Shown here: positions 1-7,586 of the stretch, piece after piece
How the letters are laid out: every line of letters begins with the position of its first letter
How positions within the stretch are numbered: the stretch's first letter is position 1
Assembly: GCA_032654565.1 (NCBI GenBank)
Contig: JAULAX010000015.1
Location: 1,152,001-1,216,000, forward strand
Origin: Anaeromyxobacteraceae bacterium
Lineage (GTDB): Bacteria; Myxococcota; Myxococcia; Myxococcales; Anaeromyxobacteraceae
Reading direction: 5' to 3'
DNA: 64,000 bases
The notes under the pieces: model-generated
What the model was told of the DNA's origin: nothing
Database searches by the model: none
The model's input: only the letters and a program-made list of their open reading frames with translations
Translations under genes and position numbers: made by a program

Positions 1-51
1 GACGAAAAGCGCACCGACAGTGCGTGCACAATGGGCCGACCCTCGGGGAGG

Positions 52-834
52 TCAGTCCAGGTTCTCGATGTCCACGTCGCCCCGGAGCTGCGCTGCGACC
101 AGCGCCGCACTTTCGGCCAGGAGCCTGTTGGACTTGCGTGAAAGATCGAGCTGCGAAAGGCCCGACGCTTCGGGATGCTCGAACTTTACGCGCACGGACA
201 CAGCGAGCAGGACCAGACCGCCCTCTGCATGATGGCGCTGGATCGCGGCCTTGAGGCGGACATTGGTGGTCTGCGAAGGGTTCTTGGCATTGCGGTAGCC
301 TGCCGCCCGCGCTCGAAGGTTGTCGGACTGCCCGACGTACACGCGTGGACGAGCTTGAGCGGGCGCTCCAGTGAACGTCATTCGGTAAAGGCCCGGCTGT
401 CCGGGCATGTCCGGGAAGACGATCGTTCCGCCGAGCCCCACCGTGATGCGGCCCAGCTCGCGCCATTCGGCCAGCACGCGGAAATCAAATGCACCGACAA
501 GCGGAAGCGCTTCGTGGTTCAAGTCGACCCGTCCAGGTCCTCTTGGCGACCGGAGCGTCCCGACACGCCGAGTCGGCGGCGGACCGTCGTCCCTCTCAAA
601 GTGCACGGTCTCCCCAGCGAGGTCTTTCGACGCAACCTTCCAGCCCGCTGCCCGCCAACTTCCACGCGCATGCGCCTGCGAGTCATTGGACCACCAGGCC
701 GAGTGCCGGCGCGCCGATGGAGGCAGGCCGCCCACCAGGTGGTCGATCTCGTCAAAGCGCAGAGTCACCTGTCGTTCGCCCCGGCTCGAGCGCGCCTTCA
801 ACTCGATGCGAAGGGGTTCGTACTTTTCAGACAT
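52..834 (-). CDS. GIY-YIG-type nuclease fused to an N-terminal DUF7662-like domain
   Basis: 3' part of ORF 52..1698, starting at MSEKYEPL (ATG 834). N-term 'KYEPL...LRFDEIDHLVGGLPPSARRHSAWWSN...SWRAAGWKV' is a small DUF7662-like domain; C-term 'PGLYRMTF...VYVGQSDNLRAR..GY' is GIY-YIG-like. Confidence 0.65.
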   Translation of the reverse strand: MSEKYEPLRIELKARSSRGERQVTLRFDEIDHLVGGLPPSARRHSAWWSNDSQAHARGSWRAAGWKVASKDLAGETVHFERDDGPPPTRRVGTLRSPRGPGRVDLNHEALPLVGAFDFRVLAEWRELGRITVGLGGTIVFPDMPGQPGLYRMTFTGAPAQARPRVYVGQSDNLRARAAGYRNAKNPSQTTNVRLKAAIQRHHAEGGLVLLAVSVRVKFEHPEASGLSQLDLSRKSNRLLAESAALVAAQLRGDVDIENLD

Positions 835-860
835 CCGAGGCTCCCTCGGGCCACCGAAGC

Positions 861-2339
861 TCAGCCAGCGGCCAAATCCCTCAGTCGTTCCACCACCTTC
901 ACCATCGCGAGCGTATCCAGCTCGCAGTAGTCGAGGAGCTGGCGGCGAAGCTTCTTGCGCTCGGCGGCCGGCAGGTCGTCGCCGGAGAGCAGGAGCCCTT
1001 CCAGCACCGTGGAGGCCAGCCCGCCCTCGCCGATCTCCAGCTCCCCGTAGTCCAGGCCAGGCACCAGCGCCGGCGCCACCGCCTTCATGCTGAAGCTGCC
1101 GCCGAAGCCCGGGTGGTAGACGTGGTCGCGGACGACGGGGAGCAGGTCCACCAGCTTCTCGATGACCGCCTTCAGGCCGGCGCGCTGGGACGGCACGTTG
1201 TCGGCCAGGTGCTGCAGGCACCGCTTCTCGAAGGAGGCGTTGTAGGCCACCACGGTGGCCGCACCTTCGCAGGCCCTGACCACCGCCTCGGCCAGGGCCG
1301 GGCGCGGGTCGCCTGAGCCGTCGGCAAGGTGCTCGTGGTGCGTCATCGCACCCCGCGCGCCGACGACATGGCAGCTCAGCTGCACCGGGATCTGCATGTA
1401 TGGGCCACACCCCTTCCAGACCGGGATGGCGGGGTTGATGGTCTCGAAGTCGAGGTAGGCGACCGGCGCCTGCAGCGTTCGTAGCGCCTTCGCGAGGCCC
1501 GCCTCGACCACCACCTTGCCGGTCTTCGCGGCGCGGACCTGGCGGGCCTGGGGGCCGGAGAGCGTCGTCTCCGCCGGGACGTCCTTCAACGACTCGATGC
1601 CCGCTGCGAGCAGCAGCCCGGGAAGCTTGCGACTGGAGTAGAGCGTCGAGACGTGGCCGGCGGGGACCGGCTCCCAGCAGCGCCCCTTGAACGGGCACTC
1701 GTAGGGGTCGTCGCAGTGCGGACCGACCTCGACCACCGGCAGCTTGCCGGCGAGCGCCTTCTTCATGCGCTTCAGGTGGCCCGGGATGTCGGGGATGAGG
1801 GCCTCGGCCTGCTCGGTGACGTCCTCGCGGACGAAGAGGTTGGAGAGGTCGGGGTAACGGCAGGCCGAGTTGAGGTGCATGACCTCGCCGCGCCTGGCGT
1901 CGATGCCGGCCTGCCGTGCCACATGGAGCTGGATGGCGACGTCGGGGAGGTACTGCTCCTTCACCGAGCTGGACGACTTGACCTCGACGACGGTGTGTCC
2001 CTTGCGGCCGCGCTCGAGGACGTCGACCGCCACGAAGACGCCGTCTTCCTGGAAGCTGGCCTCGTAGATGGCGGGGGCCTTGGCCTCCAGCGCAGCGCGG
2101 GTGTCGGCGACCTTCTCCTCGACCTCCCAGTACTCGTGGCCGATGAGCGTCCCTCCCGGGAACTCGCCCTGGGCCCGTTCGCCCACCAGGTGGCCGCGGT
2201 CGAAGACGGCCTGGAGCGCCGGCCCGGCCACCAGCTCCGGTGCCTTGGAGTCATGGACGCGCCACCAGAGCTGCTTCAGGCACTGGAGGCCGTAGCAGTA
2301 GCGGGACTTGGAGAGGGAGGTGGTGCGGCTGGTGGCCAT
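861..2339 (-). CDS. DUF2779-domain protein (Cas4/RecB-like nuclease N-terminus plus RNase H-like C-terminus)
   Basis: LSKSRY..GLQCLKQLW start; VDVL..EVKSS..DVAIQ PD-(D/E)xK-like motif; C-x5-C-x5-C cluster; YLDFET...VAYNASFEK...SMKAVAPAL...YCELD exonuclease-like region. Confidence 0.8.
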   Translation of the reverse strand: MATSRTTSLSKSRYCYGLQCLKQLWWRVHDSKAPELVAGPALQAVFDRGHLVGERAQGEFPGGTLIGHEYWEVEEKVADTRAALEAKAPAIYEASFQEDGVFVAVDVLERGRKGHTVVEVKSSSSVKEQYLPDVAIQLHVARQAGIDARRGEVMHLNSACRYPDLSNLFVREDVTEQAEALIPDIPGHLKRMKKALAGKLPVVEVGPHCDDPYECPFKGRCWEPVPAGHVSTLYSSRKLPGLLLAAGIESLKDVPAETTLSGPQARQVRAAKTGKVVVEAGLAKALRTLQAPVAYLDFETINPAIPVWKGCGPYMQIPVQLSCHVVGARGAMTHHEHLADGSGDPRPALAEAVVRACEGAATVVAYNASFEKRCLQHLADNVPSQRAGLKAVIEKLVDLLPVVRDHVYHPGFGGSFSMKAVAPALVPGLDYGELEIGEGGLASTVLEGLLLSGDDLPAAERKKLRRQLLDYCELDTLAMVKVVERLRDLAAG

Positions 2340-2345
2340 GTTGGA

Positions 2346-2367
2346 ATGCTAGACGGAGGGACGGACA
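2346..2367 (-). promoter_or_regulatory. TGTCCG-N10-TAGCAT promoter motif; probably leaderless DUF2779 transcript
   Basis: Minus strand reads TGTCCG TCCCTCCGTC TAGCAT TCCAAC ATG; ATG is 6 nt after the -10 hexamer. Confidence 0.65.
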
Positions 2368-2405
2368 CGCGGGTGCCTACCGGCCAGCGCCTCGGCCAGA
2401 GCCGC

Positions 2406-3617
2406 CTAGCTAGGGCCCTCCTCCGGCTCGAGCGTGACCGTGAACCGGTCGGTCGCTGCCGCCTCCACGACGGCCGCCCTGGCGCGCAGCTCGACGGTGA
2501 GCTCAGACGAAGCGAGCGCCTGCGCCGCGCGAGCCTGGGCCGCGTGGAACTCGCGGTGGCGCATGGCGATCTCGGCGCCGGTGACCAGGGCCCGGGCCCC
2601 GAGCCGACCCCCGGAGACCGCGGCGGCGTCGGCGAGGTCGATGGCGAAGGTATGGTCCGCCTGCTCCAGCCGCTCGGCGAGGAGGAGCGCCGTGGCGGGC
2701 CGGAGCCGAGCCAGGCCGACGGCCTCCACCAGCTCCCGCAGCTGTGCCGGCGCCACCGAGGGTGCGTTGGCGAGCCGCTCCAGGTGGGGGACCGCGTCCT
2801 CGGGCCTGCCGCCATCGATCGCCAGCCGCGCCAGGGCGAGCCGCGCCGAGGCGTCGCCGGGGCGCTCCACCAGGGCGGCGTGGAGGCTCTGCCTGGCCAG
2901 GTCGGGCTTCGCGGCCGCCATCGCCGCCTCGGCCCGGGCCAGGTGCTCGCTGCGCTGCCAGCCGCCCTCGCTGCTGAGGAGGCGCCGCTCCCAGCGCAGG
3001 TGACTGGAGACGATCGCGGCCGCGACGCCCACCAGGAAGCCGGTGACGTGGGCCGCGTAGCCGACACCTGAGCGGTATCCGAAGAGCGAGAAATAAAGCG
3101 CGTCGGACGCGAACGCGGAGAGACCCCAGGCCCAGGCCGGGACCGTGAAGGTGGGCTTCAGGGCGAGCAGCGACCAGGTCCAGAAGAGTCGGACCCGCCG
3201 CCGACCGAACCGCCAGGTGAAGGCACCCATGCAGGCGGAGATGGCGCCCGAGGCGCCGAGGATGTGGGTCGGCTCGCCGCCGTGGACCAGGAAGGAGGGG
3301 AAGCTCGCGACCACGCCGGCGGCCAGGTAGAAGCCGAGGAAGGCGCGGTGGCCCCAGGCGTCCTCCAGGAACGGGGCGCAGAGGGCGAAGTAGAAGAGGT
3401 TCCAGAGGACGTGCGACCAGTCGGCGTGGGCGAAGGGCGCGGTGAGCCAGCCGACCTGGAGGAAGCCTCGGGAGGGCGCCAGGCAGAGGTCGAAGCCGTC
3501 GTCGAAGACGTGCTCGCCCGAGACGGCGTGGATGGCGAGGCAGGCGCCCGCGATGGAGAGCGACACCCACGGGATGCGTGAGAGCCTGGCGTCGTCGAGC
3601 CCCAGCGGGATGAGCAC
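2406..3617 (-). CDS. Rhomboid-family intramembrane serine protease with C-terminal TPR-like region
   Basis: FAHADWSHVLWN, GASGAI catalytic Ser motif, AAHVTG His motif; GTG start at 3617 after a GGAG RBS. Confidence 0.85.
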   Translation of the reverse strand: MLIPLGLDDARLSRIPWVSLSIAGACLAIHAVSGEHVFDDGFDLCLAPSRGFLQVGWLTAPFAHADWSHVLWNLFYFALCAPFLEDAWGHRAFLGFYLAAGVVASFPSFLVHGGEPTHILGASGAISACMGAFTWRFGRRRVRLFWTWSLLALKPTFTVPAWAWGLSAFASDALYFSLFGYRSGVGYAAHVTGFLVGVAAAIVSSHLRWERRLLSSEGGWQRSEHLARAEAAMAAAKPDLARQSLHAALVERPGDASARLALARLAIDGGRPEDAVPHLERLANAPSVAPAQLRELVEAVGLARLRPATALLLAERLEQADHTFAIDLADAAAVSGGRLGARALVTGAEIAMRHREFHAAQARAAQALASSELTVELRARAAVVEAAATDRFTVTLEPEEGPS

Positions 3618-3644
3618 GTGGAATCTCCAGCAGGTTGGAAGGCC

Positions 3645-3711
3645 AGTCTCGGGGAGGGACGGACAGGCGGCCGAAATTGCGTGTCCAGAGTGTCCGTCCC
3701 CCACGTACCAT
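3645..3711. promoter_or_regulatory. Back-to-back TGTCCG-N9-(T/G)AnnnT motifs for the divergent rhomboid and HD genes
   Basis: Minus: TGTCCG-N9-GAGACT (3665-3645). Plus: TGTCCG-N9-TACCAT (3691-3711). GGGACGGACA/TGTCCGTCCC form a 10-bp inverted repeat. Confidence 0.6.
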
Positions 3712-3766
3712 CAGCAAGGGTCGACAGGGACAGGACGGGGCCCACGACCCAAGGAAAGGAGTCGCC

Positions 3767-4189
3767 ATGACACTGGAACAAGCCATCGCCTTCGCAGCGT
3801 TGGTCCACGAAGGCCAGAAGGACAAGGTTGGTGCGACCTACATCCTCCACCCGCTCAGAGTGATGAACCGGATGAATACCCTGGCGGAGCGACGCGTGGC
3901 CGTGCTCCACGACGTCGTGGAGGACTGCGGCGTCACGCTCGACCAACTGCGAGGCCTGAAGGTCCCGGAGCGCGAGGTCCTGGCCGTGGAGGCGCTGACC
4001 CGGGGCAAGCGGGAGTCCTACACCAAGTTCATCGAACGAGCCGGGAGGAACCGGCTGGCCAAGCGGGTGAAGCTAGCCGACCTGGCCGACAACACGGAAC
4101 CCGCTCGCTTGGCCCAAGTGGACCCGGCCACGAGGAGACGACTCTTGCGGAAGTACGGGAAGGCGCTTCGCGCGCTCAAGCCAAGCTGA
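3767..4189 (+). CDS. Stand-alone HD-domain hydrolase (Mesh1/SpoT-hydrolase-like)
   Basis: AIAFAALVHEGQKDKVGATYILHPLRV...AVLHDVVED...ALTR...VKLADLADN; AGGAG RBS before ATG 3767. Confidence 0.8.
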   Translation: MTLEQAIAFAALVHEGQKDKVGATYILHPLRVMNRMNTLAERRVAVLHDVVEDCGVTLDQLRGLKVPEREVLAVEALTRGKRESYTKFIERAGRNRLAKRVKLADLADNTEPARLAQVDPATRRRLLRKYGKALRALKPS

Positions 4190-4271
4190 GCTGATCGCAG
4201 TGTCCGTGGGTCGCGTACCGTGGGGTTGGTCGACGGGGAGGTGATCAATCCCGGACCGGGGGAGGCAACCC

Positions 4272-4715
4272 ATGGCCAAGGTGAACGGAATGGAGTGGTC
4301 CACTCTGACGAGCGAACTGGAGCTGGTGCTGGGCACTTTCGACCATGACCAGATCTTGATCCTGCAGCGCCGCGGTACCGGTCGGTACGTGCAGCTCTAC
4401 GTCAACAAGCCGGGGAGCCTCCACGTGGAGGTGTCGAGCAACACCTTCCTGGCCCCGGAGTCCAGCCTCACCGAGCAGCACGAGGCGTCGCTCCAGGCGT
4501 TGGGTTGGATGCCGCCTACGAAGGGCGGCGCCCCCAACTACTCGGTCGACCTGAAGGGTCCCCGGGCCACGGCGCAGGCGGCCGCGCTCACGGTGAGGAC
4601 GCTCGCCGAGGTGCTCGGCACCAGTTCACCATCGGAGTTGGAGTACGACGCCTTCCAGCACACGGGCGGGCCATTGACGCTGCCGCCGCTCAAGCTGGAG
4701 AGGATGAGCAGGTAG
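4272..4715 (+). CDS. YbjN/T3SS-chaperone-like (TY-Chap) domain protein
   Basis: 'RYVQ...LHVEVSSNTFL...L..LGW.PP...PNY' pattern; GGAGG RBS; upstream TGTCCG-N9-TACCGT (4201-4221). Confidence 0.55.
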   Translation: MAKVNGMEWSTLTSELELVLGTFDHDQILILQRRGTGRYVQLYVNKPGSLHVEVSSNTFLAPESSLTEQHEASLQALGWMPPTKGGAPNYSVDLKGPRATAQAAALTVRTLAEVLGTSSPSELEYDAFQHTGGPLTLPPLKLERMSR

Positions 4716-4984
4716 ACGAGCGCGCGGCCGCTGGCCTGGACTGGGCCGGGTGTGTCGAGGACGCGGACCTCCCCTTGAACCGTCCAGGTTCCGGGGGCAC
4801 GACACCCGGCCAGCGGGCAGCCCGCCTCAAGCGAGGCGGCGGCGAGCTTCGACGGTCCCGTCGCTGATAAGCACAGGAATACCCGTCGTTTATGCTCTGT
4901 CCCTCAACCATGTGCTCCAATGTATGTCCGTATCCTACCTAGACTCCTCCAAGGCTCATCCCGGGCCGAACCGAGGAGTGGGAC

Positions 4985-5971
4985 ATGTCCGACACGACGA
5001 AGAAGGTCTACACGCTGGGCGCAGACGCTGCTCATGAGCTCTGGTGCTGGCTCTGGGGCGGAATAGCGGAGCGCGAGCGCCGGATCTGGTGCCACCTCGA
5101 AAGCAGCCGCGACATCCGCCACGAGAAGGGGGCCTGCCTGGACGTTCTCGCCGCGCTGACGGCGGAGTTGCCCACCGTCACGGACCAACCCCCCGGCGAG
5201 GCCCTCTTCGCACGACTCGGGTTCGGGCTGGACGAAGCGGGCACCGAGCGGCTCACGAACAAGCTCGAAGCGTGGGGCCGAGAGGCACGCGAAGAGGCGA
5301 GCGGGAACGAGATGGGTGGCAACTGGGCCGATGCCATGGATCTCGTCCTCGAACGTTTCATGCCGCACTTCTACTCGCTGACGACGCCAGGAAGAGCAGC
5401 GCAGCGCCACGCTCCAGGCCTGGATCTCACGCCAGCGGGGGCCTACGAGTACCTGGCCTGGCTGGGATGTTCGGTCCAGGAGCTGGAAGCGGCCAAGGAC
5501 GAGGCCAAGGACCCGGGGTGGGCGCAAGACCTGGCGACCGGCCTGGCGGCGCTGAGGTTGGCGCTCGGCCAGTTCGTGGCGTCGGTGCCCGAGGGGCCCG
5601 ACTCCTACTTCCAGTCAACCTGGGGCGGGCTTCGGAAGGGGCTTGGGGCCGACCGCGTGCGGCCGTTCGCGGGCTGGCTCGGAGCCGAGGCGGACTGCGC
5701 CGCAGCCGCAGGGGGCATCCACGCCACGATACTGGCGCGCGGCCACCGGCGGCTCGCCGAGGTGGCTGGGGTCACACCGGAGGAGTTGAGGAGCCTGGCC
5801 CCACCCTGTCCGCCTCCATGGCAAGTGCCCGAGGCGATGCTGCGGGCCTACCTGGGGGGCCACGCCAAGTCGGGAGAGCTGGTCTCGGTGACCATCGTCG
5901 AGAGGGCGGGGAAGGAGGACAGGTACAAAGTGCCGCTGCACCAGTTCCTGGCGGGGTTGTCGAGGGGGTAG
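4985..5971 (+). CDS. Hypothetical protein
   Basis: 328-aa ORF with GAGGAG RBS, GC3-biased codons and upstream TGTCCG-N9-TAGACT (4925-4945). Confidence 0.65.
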   Translation: MSDTTKKVYTLGADAAHELWCWLWGGIAERERRIWCHLESSRDIRHEKGACLDVLAALTAELPTVTDQPPGEALFARLGFGLDEAGTERLTNKLEAWGREAREEASGNEMGGNWADAMDLVLERFMPHFYSLTTPGRAAQRHAPGLDLTPAGAYEYLAWLGCSVQELEAAKDEAKDPGWAQDLATGLAALRLALGQFVASVPEGPDSYFQSTWGGLRKGLGADRVRPFAGWLGAEADCAAAAGGIHATILARGHRRLAEVAGVTPEELRSLAPPCPPPWQVPEAMLRAYLGGHAKSGELVSVTIVERAGKEDRYKVPLHQFLAGLSRG

Positions 5972-6150
5972 GCCGGGCCCATTCAGGAGCTACTCGGCCT
6001 CTCGGGCCCGCTCCGAACGCTACCGGGACGAGCTGACTGCCGACGAAGGCCTCTCGCCGGGCATCGGGCCGCAGGAGGTCGCCGGTGCGCCTGTCACCAA
6101 ACCCATGTCCGTCCCGTTGCTAGCGTGAAACCCTCGCGCGAGGAGTCCAC

Positions 6151-6345
6151 GTGGCCGGAAACAGGGTGGGTGACCAGAGAGAGCGGGTCCTGACCAGGGT
6201 CGCGGTCTTCCTCAACCGCGATGACCTGAAGCGCGCCGCGGCCCTGCTCCACGCAAGGGAGGCCCGGCGCATCGCGCCGTCGCTGCCGGGCCTGGCCCTG
6301 TTGCAGGCGCGGCTACTGTATACATCGACGGCAAATATCCGGTAA
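6151..6345 (+). CDS. Small hypothetical protein, possibly a truncated gene
   Basis: GAGGAG RBS, GTG start, upstream TGTCCG-N9-TAGCGT (6106-6126); the C-terminus runs into AT-richer sequence upstream of the next gene. Confidence 0.35.
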   Translation: MAGNRVGDQRERVLTRVAVFLNRDDLKRAAALLHAREARRIAPSLPGLALLQARLLYTSTANIR

Positions 6346-6356
6346 AACTGCCCTCG

Positions 6357-7511
6357 ATGTTCGACCGACGACTCCAGCCGCCGACCCGCTCCTTCTTCCT
6401 CCTCGGTCCTCGTGCCACCGGGAAGACCACCTGGCTGCGCCAGCACTTCGGGAAGGCGCGCTGGTTCAACCTGCTGCAGGAGAAGGAGTGGTCCCGGCTG
6501 CTGCGGGAGCCCGGACTCTTCCGCCAGGAGGTCGAAGCGCTCCCGGCCGGAGCCTGGGTGGTGGTGGACGAAGTGCAGCGCCTCCCGGGGCTCCTCAACG
6601 AAGTCCATGACCTGCTCTCCGACGACGCCAGGCGAGTCCGCTTCGCGCTGACAGGCTCGAGCGCCCGGAAGCTCCGCTCACGCGACGTGAACCTGCTGGC
6701 GGGGCGAGCCGCGAGCCGGCGCTTCTTCCCGCTGGTGGGCGCGGAGTTGCCAGGCGGCACACCGGTGGATGACCTGCTCAGGTTCGGCGGCCTGCCGGCG
6801 GTTCGCAGCGAGCCCCAGGTGCGTGGACGGATCGAGCTGCTGGAGGCCTACCGCGACACCTACCTGGCGGAAGAGATCCGCAACGAGGGACTGGTCAGGA
6901 GCCTGGATGGCTTCTCCCGCTTCCTGGAGGTGGCCGCGTTGCTCAACGGGCAGGTGCTCAACGTGACCGGCGTCGCGCGGGATGCCGGCGTCTCACGCAC
7001 CACGGTGCAAGGGTTCTTCGAGGTCCTCAACGACACCATGATCGGCAGCCTGTTGCCGGCCTGGCGACCCCGGGCGAGGGTCAAGGAGGTGGCCAACCCG
7101 AAGTTCTACCTCTTCGACACCGGCGTGGCCCGGACGCTCTCGGGCCGGCTGCGCGACCCCCTCCACGCCACCGAGCGAGGCCCGCTCCTCGAGGCCTGGG
7201 TGCTCCACGAAGTCCGGGCACACCTCCATGATCACGATGTCGGCGGCGAGCTGGCCTACTGGCGCCTCCCCTCGGGTCTCGAGGTGGACCTGGTGTGGCA
7301 GCGCGGGGATCGCCGGGTGGGCATCGAGGTGAAGGGCTCGGAGCGCTGGCGGACCGAGGACGGCGCCGGCCTGCGGGCGCTCGACGAGGCGGTCGGTCTC
7401 GACCGACGCCTGGTCGTCTACCTCGGCGACCGGCGGCTGAAGGACAAGGGCATCGAGGTGCTGCCGTTCTGGGAGTTCGTCGGGGAGCTGGGAAAGCTGT
7501 TGCCGGCGTGA
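6357..7511 (+). CDS. AAA_14 ATPase with DUF4143 nuclease-like C-terminus
   Basis: GPRATGKTT Walker A, VVVDEVQR Walker B, TGSSA, LAGRA, PKFYLFDTG, EVDLV...IEVK. Confidence 0.9.
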   Translation: MFDRRLQPPTRSFFLLGPRATGKTTWLRQHFGKARWFNLLQEKEWSRLLREPGLFRQEVEALPAGAWVVVDEVQRLPGLLNEVHDLLSDDARRVRFALTGSSARKLRSRDVNLLAGRAASRRFFPLVGAELPGGTPVDDLLRFGGLPAVRSEPQVRGRIELLEAYRDTYLAEEIRNEGLVRSLDGFSRFLEVAALLNGQVLNVTGVARDAGVSRTTVQGFFEVLNDTMIGSLLPAWRPRARVKEVANPKFYLFDTGVARTLSGRLRDPLHATERGPLLEAWVLHEVRAHLHDHDVGGELAYWRLPSGLEVDLVWQRGDRRVGIEVKGSERWRTEDGAGLRALDEAVGLDRRLVVYLGDRRLKDKGIEVLPFWEFVGELGKLLPA

Positions 7512-7523
7512 GATGGATTCCAC

Positions 7524-7550
7524 TGTCACAAGCCCGGCTCCGCCTGCGTT
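7524..7550 (+). promoter_or_regulatory. ECF-sigma-type promoter TGTCACA-N16-CGTT
   Basis: Exact spacing TGTCACA-16 nt-CGTT upstream of an operon encoding an ECF sigma; resembles the ECF41-type consensus TGTCACA-N16-CGTC. Confidence 0.55.
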
Positions 7551-7586
7551 GACCTCCTGAACGCCTCGCACACCAGGAGCCACGCC

